Assembly (NCBI GenBank): GCA_051252135.1 | Contig: JBPOGH010000005.1 | Location: forward strand, 64,001 to 128,000 | Origin: Verrucomicrobiaceae bacterium | Lineage (GTDB): Bacteria; Verrucomicrobiota; Verrucomicrobiia; Verrucomicrobiales; Akkermansiaceae | Direction: 5' to 3' | Length of the DNA stretch: 64,000 nucleotides | In this document: in pieces, positions 47,565 to 56,979 of the stretch | Position numbering within the stretch: position 1 is the first letter of the stretch | Layout: the number at the start of each line of letters is the position of its first letter | Position numbers and translations under genes: made by a program | The notes under the pieces: model-generated | Databases searched by the model: none | What the model was told of the DNA's origin: nothing | Seen by the model: the letters and a program-made list of their open reading frames with translations, nothing else

Positions 47565-50500
47565 ATGATGTCGCGATTTCTGGTCCTCCTCCTGCCATTG
47601 GCCACGCTCTGGTTGGTCTGGCCCGGTGGCTCCGGATCAACTCTGCGCCCTGAAAAAATTTCCTCCCCCTCCCCGGGACCCGCTTCGCCCAACCCCACTT
47701 CCCGGGCTTCGGATTTCGCTCCCAACCCCTCTCCTCCCGGACACACCGTAGCCGGACCCGTTTTCCAATCCGTCCCCATTCCGGCCTTCAACCGGAATCC
47801 CGCCCCCGCCCCTCACGGACTCGCCCCGCTTCCCTCCGGAAAAAAACGACACCCCCACTTCGCCCACGCTTGGTCCACCATCGACCCCGCACTCCTCGCC
47901 GAACTCCCCCGCCCCCGGCAGCAACACCTCGCCTCCTATCTCGACTCCCTTCTCAAAGGCGACCCCAATGACCAACGCTGGCTCTGCTGGGGACCCGGAA
48001 CCAGCCTCGCCACCGTCATGGCCTACCACCAGGCCGAAAAATCAGGAGGCCTCGCAACCAAGCAACTCCAAATCAAAGCCGACCAATTCCTGGGCCAAGG
48101 CAGATGGAGCAGAGTCGCCCACGGCACCTCTAACAACCTCTCCCAGGGACGCCCCATCACCATCACCTGGAGCATCGTCCCCGATGGCACCCCCACCCCC
48201 AACACCGATCAAGACCTCGCCGACTCCGATTTCAGAAGCTGGATGCAGTCACTCTACGGCGGTGACGCCACCGCACCCGCCGCCAGCCAACCCTGGTTCC
48301 CCCTCATCAGCGACGCCTTCGCCGCCATGGAAGCCGAGTGCGGCATCAATTTCATCTACGAACCAAATGACGACGGCGCCTCCGTCCTTTCCCAAAACCG
48401 CGGCGTCATCGGAATCCGCGGCGATATCAGACTCTCCGCCCGCTTCGTCGATGGCAACAGCAGCCCCTTCGGCGGAAACAACGTCCTCGCCTTCGCCTTC
48501 GCCCCCGATCACGGCGACATCATCTTCGATTCCGGAGACTCCTTCTTCGACTCCACCAACCAAAACTCCATCCGCCTCCACAACGTCACCACCCACGAGC
48601 TCGGCCACGCCCTCGGACTCGCCCACGTCTGCCCCATCAACCGCACCAAACTGATGGAACCCTTTGCCATCACCTCCTTCCGGGGACCCCAGTTTGACGA
48701 AACCTACTCCCTCCAACGCCAATACGGCGACCCGCTCGAAAACACCGGCGGCTCGGTCAGCAATGACCGCGCCTCCAGCGCCTCCCCCATCACCCCCCTC
48801 TCCGACGTCCCCCTCACCCTCCAGTGGCTCAGTATCGATGACAACGCCGACCTCGACTACCTCCGCTTCCCCGCCAAGGAATTCCAGAACGTCCAGGCCA
48901 TCATCAGCCCCAACCGCGCCTCCTACCAGGAAGGCCCGCAGACCGAAAGCTGCTCCACCGCCCCCCTCTTCAATCCCTCCAGCCAACACGACCTCACCCT
49001 CGAACTCCTCGATCAAAATGGCTCCACCGTTCTCGCCACCTCGGATTCCGGTGGCCTCGGTGAGGGAGAAAGCATCCTCGACTTCCCCATCGACGAGGAT
49101 GGCGACTACTACCTCCGCATCAACGGCGGCGGAGACAACACCAGCCAAACCTACTCCCTCACCCTCCTCGTCGGCGGCGCCCCTCCCAAACCCGAAGTCG
49201 AATTCCTCTCCTCCGAAATCATCGCCGAGTCCGGAGTCACCAAAAACGGCCGCCCTGATCCCGGCGAGAGCATTCGCATCCGGCTCGGCCTCCTCAACTC
49301 CGGAACCGCCGCTACTCAAAACCTCATCGCCACCCCGGTCCCCACCGCCGGAATGACCGTCTTCACCTCCGGAATCTCCTTTCCAACCATCAACCCCGGA
49401 AAATCCGCCACCGTCGAGATCGACCTCGCCATCGAAGGCCCCTGCGGACGCCCCCTCGAACTCCCCTTCCAGATCACAGACGACTCCGGCCTTACCGAAA
49501 CCATCCGCCTCCCCTTCCAACTCGGAATCCTCATCGAGGACGCCCCCATCGAAGAAAAATTCGACCTCACTTCCACCCTCCCCACCGGCTGGTCCACCTC
49601 CACCACCGACGCCGGCACCCCTTGGTTCATCACCGACTCTCTCAGCGAATCAGGAAACCGCTCCGCCTTTGCCGCCGGAGTCGCCGGCACCTCCACCGCC
49701 ACCCTCCTCTCCCCACCCCTCGAACTCAAAAGCGGCACCAACGTCCTTCGCTTCTTCCATCACTTCGATACCGAACTCCGTTGGGACGGCGGCGTGCTCG
49801 AAGCCTCCCTCGACGAAGGCCCCTGGTTCGATCTCCCCACCCACCCGGACATCACCGTCGAATCCGGCGGCTACATCAGAGCCCTCTCCTCTTCCGCCCG
49901 CCACCCCCTCGCAGGCCGCCAGACCTGGACCGGTGATTCCGCCAAATTCATCGCCACCGAACTCGCCCTCCCCGATGAATGGGCCTCCCAATCCCTCCGC
50001 CTCCGCTGGATTCTCGCCCATGACCGCTCCGTCAATGGCCAGGGATGGGCCATCGACTCCCTCTCCATCGAAGGGGAAATCGGAAGCTGCGAACCCCACC
50101 TCCCCCTCATCTCACTCACCTCATCCCTCACCCAATTGGATGAAAACAATCCTGACAACTCCGTCACCCTCACCCTTTCAAGCGAAGTCCCCCTCCTCAC
50201 CCCTCTCGAAATCCCCCTCACCCTCGCAGGAACAGCCAACCTTTCGGACATCACCACCCTCACCCCCCTCCTCCTCCCCGCTGGACAAAAAGAAACCACG
50301 TTCACCATCCGGGTCGCTCCCGATGACCTCGTCGAGGGCGCCGAACAACTCATCCTCTCCCTCCCCCAAGATCAGCTCATCTTCGCTCCCTCTCAAAATA
50401 GCTCCGTCACCCTCAACATCGTCGATCGCGAAGACTTCCAGTCCTGGTCCCTCCAATACCCCGCCTCCCCTCCCGGCGGAGACCTTGATCACGACGGCCT

Positions 50501-50762
50501 TCCCAATCTCGGCGAATACCTCCTCGGGCTCGATCCCTCCACCCCCGACGCCCCCCCCCTCAATATCGACCTCTCCCCCACCTCCACCACCGTCCGGCTC
50601 AACAACCTCCCTGATCGCAACGACGCCCAAATCAACATCCAGGTCTCCTCCGACCTCTCCCGCTGGACCACCGTCCCCCTCACTAAAGTCGAAAACGGAT
50701 TGCAAATCCCGCGCGATGACAGCAAGCGTTACCTCCGCCTGATCTTCTCGATCAATCAATAG
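47565..50762 (+). CDS. Secreted matrixin-type zinc metalloprotease with accessory beta domains
   Basis: GDIR, LAFAF.P..GD..FD, HELGHALGLAH, Met-turn LMEP; PPC-like and Calx-beta-like segments. Confidence 0.88.
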   Translation: MMSRFLVLLLPLATLWLVWPGGSGSTLRPEKISSPSPGPASPNPTSRASDFAPNPSPPGHTVAGPVFQSVPIPAFNRNPAPAPHGLAPLPSGKKRHPHFAHAWSTIDPALLAELPRPRQQHLASYLDSLLKGDPNDQRWLCWGPGTSLATVMAYHQAEKSGGLATKQLQIKADQFLGQGRWSRVAHGTSNNLSQGRPITITWSIVPDGTPTPNTDQDLADSDFRSWMQSLYGGDATAPAASQPWFPLISDAFAAMEAECGINFIYEPNDDGASVLSQNRGVIGIRGDIRLSARFVDGNSSPFGGNNVLAFAFAPDHGDIIFDSGDSFFDSTNQNSIRLHNVTTHELGHALGLAHVCPINRTKLMEPFAITSFRGPQFDETYSLQRQYGDPLENTGGSVSNDRASSASPITPLSDVPLTLQWLSIDDNADLDYLRFPAKEFQNVQAIISPNRASYQEGPQTESCSTAPLFNPSSQHDLTLELLDQNGSTVLATSDSGGLGEGESILDFPIDEDGDYYLRINGGGDNTSQTYSLTLLVGGAPPKPEVEFLSSEIIAESGVTKNGRPDPGESIRIRLGLLNSGTAATQNLIATPVPTAGMTVFTSGISFPTINPGKSATVEIDLAIEGPCGRPLELPFQITDDSGLTETIRLPFQLGILIEDAPIEEKFDLTSTLPTGWSTSTTDAGTPWFITDSLSESGNRSAFAAGVAGTSTATLLSPPLELKSGTNVLRFFHHFDTELRWDGGVLEASLDEGPWFDLPTHPDITVESGGYIRALSSSARHPLAGRQTWTGDSAKFIATELALPDEWASQSLRLRWILAHDRSVNGQGWAIDSLSIEGEIGSCEPHLPLISLTSSLTQLDENNPDNSVTLTLSSEVPLLTPLEIPLTLAGTANLSDITTLTPLLLPAGQKETTFTIRVAPDDLVEGAEQLILSLPQDQLIFAPSQNSSVTLNIVDREDFQSWSLQYPASPPGGDLDHDGLPNLGEYLLGLDPSTPDAPPLNIDLSPTSTTVRLNNLPDRNDAQINIQVSSDLSRWTTVPLTKVENGLQIPRDDSKRYLRLIFSINQ

Positions 50763-50808
50763 AGCTTGCGGCTTTTCACCGCACCTAATCCGCACGATAC
50801 TCCCACCC

Positions 50809-51102
50809 ATGACCGTCAGCGAACTCGCGCAATCCGCCCGGCAGGATGACACCCCGCCACCGGGACTCTCCTCCGCCCTCCAGGCCCTTTGGCTTGCCAA
50901 AGCCGGCCGGTGGCATGACGCACATGACCTCTGCCAGGATGTCCCCGAGCCCGCAGGTGCCTGGATCCATGCTTACCTCCACCGGGAAGAGGGTGACCTC
51001 GGCAATGCCGGATACTGGTACCACCGCGCCGGTAAGGACATCCCCTCCGGCAGCGTCTCTCTCGATCAAGAATGGAGTCAAATCACAGCCGCTCTTTCCT
51101 AA
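50809..51102 (+). CDS. Conserved hypothetical protein
   Basis: W..AH...Q......AW.HAYLHR.EGD..NA.YWY..AG. Confidence 0.85.
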   Translation: MTVSELAQSARQDDTPPPGLSSALQALWLAKAGRWHDAHDLCQDVPEPAGAWIHAYLHREEGDLGNAGYWYHRAGKDIPSGSVSLDQEWSQITAALS

Positions 51103-52307
51103 TGGCAAAACCTGATAAAAACACCCGCCGCGCCGCCGTCTCAGCCCTTCGCGCCTGGTCAAAAGGACACGTCTACGCCGACTCCCTCATCGAGCGTCAC
51201 GCCGAACGCAATCACCTCTCCTCCCAGGACCGCGCCCTCCTCCAGGCCATCCTCCTCGGCGTCCTCCGCCATCGCAGCCTCCTCGACCACTGGATCGGAC
51301 GCTTCCGCAAAGGAAAACTCGATCCCGAAGTACGAGACATCCTCCGCGTCGGCTTCTGCCAACTCCTCATCCTCCGCATCCCGGACCACGCCGCCATCAA
51401 CGAGACCGTCAACTGCGCACGCGCCCCCATCCGCGGTCTCATCAACGCCGTTCTGCGAAAGGCCGCCACCACCCGCATGAAACTCCTGCGGGACATGGAT
51501 AACATCGATCCCGTCGTCCGCTTCTCCCACCCGGCATGGCTCTTCAAAAGATGGCGCAAATCCTTCGGCAAGGAAAAGACCGTGGCCCTCATGGATTGGA
51601 ATAACGCCCCCGCCGAAACCCACTTCCGCCCAAACCTCCTCTCCCCACCACCCGAGGACGCCCCCGAGCCCACCGACGCCCGCGAAGCCACCCGCTCGGG
51701 ACACTACTACATCACCGATCCCTCCACCGCCCACGCCCCCGAACTCCTCGCACCCCAACCCGGCGAAACCATCCTCGACGCCTGCGCCGCCCCCGGTGGC
51801 AAAGCCATCCAAATGGCCGGACTCATGGAAAACACCGGCAAGCTCGTCTGCACCGACTCCAACGAAAAACGCCTCCCGCGCCTCCGCGAAAATCTCCACC
51901 AATGCAAGGTCGCCAACGCCGAAATTCTCGAGCACGACTGGCTCCAACCCGCACCTCCCGAATGGCTCAACGCCTTCGATGGCATCCTCCTCGATGTCCC
52001 CTGCTCCAATACCGGCGTCTTCCGCAGACGCGTCGATGCCCGCTGGCGCATCCAACCCGGAGACATCGATGCCCTCATCGAAACCCAGACCCGCATCCTC
52101 GAGAATGCCATCCCCTGCCTCCGCCCCGGCGGTCGCCTCGTCTACTCCACCTGCTCCATCGACTCACAGGAGAACATCGACCTCGTCAACACCGTCGCCG
52201 CCCGATTCCCCCACCTCCTCCTCAAGGAATCCCGCCAACTTCTCCCCTTCGTCGATGAAACCGACGGCGCCTTCGCCGCTCTGCTCCTTGACCAGCGCCC
52301 GAACTAA
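51102..52307 (+). CDS. rsmB: RsmB/Sun-type RNA m5C methyltransferase with NusB-like N-terminal domain
   Basis: HAAINETV, INAVLR, SHP.WL, DACAAPGGK, DVPCS.TG, YSTCS. Start overlaps the upstream stop. Confidence 0.9.
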   Translation: MAKPDKNTRRAAVSALRAWSKGHVYADSLIERHAERNHLSSQDRALLQAILLGVLRHRSLLDHWIGRFRKGKLDPEVRDILRVGFCQLLILRIPDHAAINETVNCARAPIRGLINAVLRKAATTRMKLLRDMDNIDPVVRFSHPAWLFKRWRKSFGKEKTVALMDWNNAPAETHFRPNLLSPPPEDAPEPTDAREATRSGHYYITDPSTAHAPELLAPQPGETILDACAAPGGKAIQMAGLMENTGKLVCTDSNEKRLPRLRENLHQCKVANAEILEHDWLQPAPPEWLNAFDGILLDVPCSNTGVFRRRVDARWRIQPGDIDALIETQTRILENAIPCLRPGGRLVYSTCSIDSQENIDLVNTVAARFPHLLLKESRQLLPFVDETDGAFAALLLDQRPN

Positions 52308-52324
52308 ACTATCATCTTCCGATC

Positions 52325-52924
52325 ATGAAAGAGCTTCTCCCCTTGGCGCTCATTGCCGCCCTTCTCGCCTCCTGCGCTCCCATCGATAGCTCCGGAGGCG
52401 GCTCCGGCACCGGCTACCTCTCCGGGTTCAACCGCGCCCCCACCCCCGAAGACACCGCCCCCCTCCACGCCCGCGGCTACTGGGATGGCGAAGGCGTCGA
52501 AGGACCACCCTCCATCGTCATCAAGCGCGATGAACAAAAGGCCTACTTCTACAAAGGCTCCCACCTCGTCGGCATGAGCCCCATCGCCACCGGGAAAACC
52601 ACCCACACCACCCCCGCCGGGAAATTCAAAGTCACCCAAAAAAGCCCGGACCACACCTCCTCCCTCTACGGCGTCATCCGCGATACCCGCACCGGCCAAA
52701 TCGTCAATGACGACGCAGACACCCGCAAAGACAAACCCGGGCCGGGACAGGTTTACGAAGGCGCACCCATGCCCTACTTCCTCCGCTTCAATGGCGGCGT
52801 CGGCATGCACGTCGGTCACCTCCCCGGATACGCCGCCTCCCACGGATGCGTCCGCATGCCCGAGCCCATGGCTAAAAAATTCTACGAAAACTCGCCCATC
52901 GGCACCCCCGTCACCGTCCTCTAG
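52325..52924 (+). CDS. L,D-transpeptidase (YkuD) lipoprotein
   Basis: Lipobox LASC, ATGK....TP.G, MPY..R, GMH.G.LPGYAASHGCVR. Confidence 0.92.
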   Translation: MKELLPLALIAALLASCAPIDSSGGGSGTGYLSGFNRAPTPEDTAPLHARGYWDGEGVEGPPSIVIKRDEQKAYFYKGSHLVGMSPIATGKTTHTTPAGKFKVTQKSPDHTSSLYGVIRDTRTGQIVNDDADTRKDKPGPGQVYEGAPMPYFLRFNGGVGMHVGHLPGYAASHGCVRMPEPMAKKFYENSPIGTPVTVL

Positions 52925-52928
52925 TTTG

Positions 52929-53429
52929 ATGAAGTCCTCCTTTGTCATCACCCTCGTCGGACCGGACCGCTCCGGCCTCGTCGACTCCGTCGCTGACGTC
53001 ATCGCCCGCCACGGGGGAAGCTGGCAGGAAAGCCGCATGGCCCGCCTCGCCGGACAATTCGCCGGCATCCTCCACATCGACTGCCCCGTCACCTCCGCCC
53101 CCGCCCTCGAGGCTGACCTCGCCGCCCTCGATAACCTCCACCTCATCCTCGTTCCGCTTGGCGACTCCGATCTCCCCACCGGACAAGTCGTAAAACTCGA
53201 GATCGTCGGCCACGACCAACCCGGGATCATCAAACGCATCGCCTCCACCATCGCCTCCCACCAGGGCAACGTGGAAGAACTCGAAACCTTCCTCGAGTCC
53301 GCCCCCATGGCCGGCCACCTCCTCTTCCGCACCTGCGGCACCATCCGCCTCGCCGACGGACAAGACTCCTCCCTCCTCGTCCTCGCACTCGAAGAACTCG
53401 GGCCCGACCTCACCGTCGACATCCTCTAG
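52929..53429 (+). CDS. Double ACT-domain protein (GcvR-like)
   Basis: G.DRSGLV, ESRMARLAGQFAG, GHDQPGII, NVEEL.T....APMAG. Confidence 0.88.
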   Translation: MKSSFVITLVGPDRSGLVDSVADVIARHGGSWQESRMARLAGQFAGILHIDCPVTSAPALEADLAALDNLHLILVPLGDSDLPTGQVVKLEIVGHDQPGIIKRIASTIASHQGNVEELETFLESAPMAGHLLFRTCGTIRLADGQDSSLLVLALEELGPDLTVDIL

Positions 53430-53631
53430 GCCTACCGGGTTAACCCTCGATGAATGCCTCACCAACGCGCTCCTCAAAGTTGATATTGCATTGCTTCACC
53501 ATCCAATAGCATCACTCCATCCTCTCCGTTTCCCTTCCGTCTATTTCTCTTCGGCCATTTCCACCTTACTCCGGCTCCACTCCGTTCCGGTTGCGGTTCT
53601 CATTCACTTCAACTAAATAGAACTAGCTCCC

Positions 53632-54303
53632 ATGCGCATCGACATCCTCACCCTCTTCCCCGAGATCGCCCTCGCTCCACTTCGGGAAAGCATGATGGGA
53701 CGCGCCCAAAAGTCGGACCTCGTCCAAATCCACGCCCACAACCTCCGGGATTGGGCCACCGACAAACACCGCCGCACCGACGACTACCTCTGCGGCGGCG
53801 GTCAGGGAATGCTCCTCAAGCCCGAACCCATCTTCGCCGCTATCGAAGAACTTCGCACCCCCGAGGCCAAAGTCATCCTCATGACTCCCCAGGGAAAAGT
53901 CTTCAAACAAGCCATCGCCCAAGAACTCTCCGCCGAAACCCACCTCATCTTCCTCTGCGGTCACTACGAGGGCGTCGACCACCGCGTCATCGAAGAACTC
54001 GTCGACCTCGAACTCTCCATTGGCGACTACATCCTCACCAACGGAGCCATCGCCGCCGCCGTCGTCACCGATGCCATCGTCCGCCTCCTCCCCGGAGCCC
54101 TCGGTGATGCCCGCTCCCCCGAGGACGAATCCTTCGCCGATCCCAACCTCCTCGAAGCCCCCGCCTACACCAAGCCCGCCGACTTCCGCGGCCTCAAGGT
54201 CCCCGACATCCTCTACTCCGGTCATCACGAAAAGATCGACCAATGGAAAAAAGAACAGGCCCTCAAACGCACCCGCGAAAACCGGCCCGACCTCCTTCAG
54301 TGA
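53632..54303 (+). CDS. trmD: tRNA (guanine37-N1)-methyltransferase
   Basis: ILTLFPE, GGG.GM, CGHYEGVD.R, SIGDYIL, ESF...LLE.P.YT.P, SG.H. Confidence 0.97.
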   Translation: MRIDILTLFPEIALAPLRESMMGRAQKSDLVQIHAHNLRDWATDKHRRTDDYLCGGGQGMLLKPEPIFAAIEELRTPEAKVILMTPQGKVFKQAIAQELSAETHLIFLCGHYEGVDHRVIEELVDLELSIGDYILTNGAIAAAVVTDAIVRLLPGALGDARSPEDESFADPNLLEAPAYTKPADFRGLKVPDILYSGHHEKIDQWKKEQALKRTRENRPDLLQ

Positions 54304-56621
54304 GATAACGCAATCAGCACCTCGCGCCACTTCGCCCGAAATCCCTGATCCTCCGCCGCAAGCTTCTCCGCTGCCGCCTCCGCCTCGGCACGCATCCCCA
54401 CCAGCCATTCGAAGGCAATCGCCCGCTCCCGGGCAGCGACCGACGGCTCCTCCCCGTGCAACGACCGCTGGAGCTCCAAAAGTGACGCCACATCCACCTC
54501 GCTCCACGAAAGGGACTTCCCGTCCCCGCCCGTCAGCACTTTCCCGCTCAACTCCGTCACCTCAAAAATCCCACCCGCCCTCGTCTTCACCTCAAGCGGC
54601 AGCACCAACTTCAGATCGGCGTAAAACAGCTTCGCCTGATCAAAAAAGTAATTCCACCCCTCCACACTCTTGGGAGGGGCACTCTCCCCCGCCCCGTTCA
54701 ACAAAATCCGGGCATCTCCAAACCGCAACCGGGCACAAAGCTCATCCATCCGGCCCGTCCGCTCGCTCCATCCCAACCCCGGTAACTCGCCCGGACGCAA
54801 CTCCAGCCCCTTCCTCACCCGCATCAAATAAATGCGCAGGGACTTCAGATTCCTTCCCGCCCGACCCTTAGTCTTCAACTCCCCCTCCATCACCGCAAGC
54901 CGCGCCATTTGCTCCTCCGCTTCCTCGATCGATAACGGCCGCTCCCACCCCTGAATCGCCCCAAGCAATGCCGCATCCGCCAAATAATCCTCAACCTTGG
55001 ACTGATAAACCGGATACCACGAAAAATCTGACTCAATCTCCGCCCCCCTCACCTTCTCAAAAAACACAATCGCCTCCTCAAAAAGCCCCTGCTCCCAAAG
55101 CTTCAACCCCACCGCCATCGCCCCCACCCAGTCAACAATCCCTTGGGGAACCTCCGTAAGCGCTTCCTCCGGTGGTGGAGCCACCGTCGCAAGCACCTCA
55201 CTCAGCGCGATCAACTTCCCCGTCGTCGCACTCTCGTTCGACAATCCCTTCAGCCGCTTCCGAATCACACGCGCCTCCTCGCGCGCCTTCCCCGGCTCAC
55301 CGTTGAGCAACGCACTCACCGCCCCCTCCAACAACGCAAAAGACTGCGACGGCTCCTGCAGCCTGCCATCCTCCGAGATCTCGATAAACCTCCCCCGGGC
55401 CTTGTCATAATCCCCCTGAAATACCAAATCACGAGCCTCCGCCCACGCCTCCGTCGTCCCCCGTGATTCATCAAAAGCATGATCCACCGGCACACTCTCA
55501 ATCGGCCTCGGCTCCTCCACCTTCTTCACCACCTCCGGCTCCCGCTCCCAAGGTTTCATCTTCCAAAGCCCTGCTCCCAAAACCGCCACCACCGCTGCCG
55601 CCACCACCGGAATCATCCAGCGGGACTTTGCCGCTCTCCTCGCCGCCCGCCCCTCTCCATGAATCGGAATCCCCTCGGAATCCGCAGCCTCAACACGGGC
55701 CCTCCGCAACGCCTCCACCAAATCGTCATAACTCTCCCACCGGTGCTTGGGCTGAAATGCCATCATCCGGTCAATCGCCTCACACGTCGCACTCCCCAAC
55801 CACGGAGCCACCTTGGACAACCGCGGAATCGTCTGCTTCGCCCGCTTCAAAACCGCCCGACTCGTCGTCGTCGACTCAAAGGGAGGCTTCCCCGACAAAG
55901 CATGATAAAGCGTCGCTCCAAAAGCATACAAATCACTTCGAAAATCCTCCTCGCCCTGATCCAACGCCTCGGGGGGAACATAATACGGCGTCGCCCACAC
56001 CTCCTCCGCCTGCGCCGCCCCTCCATGGGTAATCAGCGCCAGACCAAAATCCACCAGCTTCGCACTCCCCTCCGGCGTCAGTAAAATATTTCCCGGCTTC
56101 ACATCACGGTGCAACACCCCGGACTCGTTGGCCGCCCGCAACCCCTCCGCCACCTCCAGCGCAATATCAAGAACCTCCGCTTCGGGAAGAGCTCCCCGCT
56201 TTGTCATCATCGCCTCGAAGCTCTGCCCCTTGATCAGCTCCATCACCAGGAAGTAACGGTCATACGCCTTTCCCACCGTGTAAATCTTCACCACATTCGG
56301 GTGATTCACCGCCGCCGTCAGCTTCGCCTCACGCTCAAAAGCCTCCACCCTCACCTCATCCACACTATACTGCTCGTTCAGGATCTTCACCGCCACCTCC
56401 CGGCCCAAGGTCTCGTCGATCGCGAGATAAATCACACTCATGCCACCCACGGCATAGCGTCTCTCCAAATAATACTTCCCCAGCTTCCGCTTCACGCGGG
56501 TCTCCACCTCGCAATGAGGACAGATCACCTTCGAGAACGGCTCAAAGCTCGTCACATCAAGCTCCTTCCCGCAACCGGAGCAACGGTCGATCACAAGCTC
56601 CTCTGGGGATATTTCGCTCAC
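54297..56621 (-). CDS. Ser/Thr protein kinase with N-terminal Zn ribbon and TM segment
   Basis: CSGC/CPHC, GGMS, VAVK, HRDVKPGN, DFG, TPYY.PPE. Confidence 0.93.
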   Translation of the reverse strand: MSEISPEELVIDRCSGCGKELDVTSFEPFSKVICPHCEVETRVKRKLGKYYLERRYAVGGMSVIYLAIDETLGREVAVKILNEQYSVDEVRVEAFEREAKLTAAVNHPNVVKIYTVGKAYDRYFLVMELIKGQSFEAMMTKRGALPEAEVLDIALEVAEGLRAANESGVLHRDVKPGNILLTPEGSAKLVDFGLALITHGGAAQAEEVWATPYYVPPEALDQGEEDFRSDLYAFGATLYHALSGKPPFESTTTSRAVLKRAKQTIPRLSKVAPWLGSATCEAIDRMMAFQPKHRWESYDDLVEALRRARVEAADSEGIPIHGEGRAARRAAKSRWMIPVVAAAVVAVLGAGLWKMKPWEREPEVVKKVEEPRPIESVPVDHAFDESRGTTEAWAEARDLVFQGDYDKARGRFIEISEDGRLQEPSQSFALLEGAVSALLNGEPGKAREEARVIRKRLKGLSNESATTGKLIALSEVLATVAPPPEEALTEVPQGIVDWVGAMAVGLKLWEQGLFEEAIVFFEKVRGAEIESDFSWYPVYQSKVEDYLADAALLGAIQGWERPLSIEEAEEQMARLAVMEGELKTKGRAGRNLKSLRIYLMRVRKGLELRPGELPGLGWSERTGRMDELCARLRFGDARILLNGAGESAPPKSVEGWNYFFDQAKLFYADLKLVLPLEVKTRAGGIFEVTELSGKVLTGGDGKSLSWSEVDVASLLELQRSLHGEEPSVAARERAIAFEWLVGMRAEAEAAAEKLAAEDQGFRAKWREVLIALSH

Positions 56622-56647
56622 AGGAGGATGAGGATAGTGGGCGGGGC

Positions 56648-56824
56648 CTAGCGACCTTCGTTCATCCCCCCAAGAACACCCTGACCGGTGTCCTTGCCGG
56701 GAATATTCCAGGGCATGCTGCCTGCCGCATCACTCCCCGGAGGTGGAACCGGCTTCCGCTCGGCGACCTTGTTGTTCGCACAGGAAAAAAGGCTCAAACA
56801 AACGAGAGGGAGAAGAAATTTCAT
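56648..56824 (-). CDS. Small lipoprotein (58 aa)
   Basis: MKFLLPLVCLSLFSC lipobox; SMPWN.P motif. Confidence 0.7.
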   Translation of the reverse strand: MKFLLPLVCLSLFSCANNKVAERKPVPPPGSDAAGSMPWNIPGKDTGQGVLGGMNEGR

Positions 56825-56919
56825 CGCGTTCACAATAACCCCTCTGCCTGGTTTGAAAAGTCCCGATTCGTCACAATCTACGTGCCTCCACCCCCTTTCC
56901 CAAACCCCCAACCCCGCCA

Positions 56920-56957
56920 CAAAAAAAAGCCCCGTCCGCAGCGCGAACAGGGCTTTA
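56920..56957 (-). terminator. Intrinsic terminator downstream of fusA
   Basis: AAAAAAAAAGCCC...GGGCTTT hairpin; U-tract on the minus strand. Confidence 0.75.
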
Positions 56958-56979
56958 AAATGAGATACCGGGACGAAGC

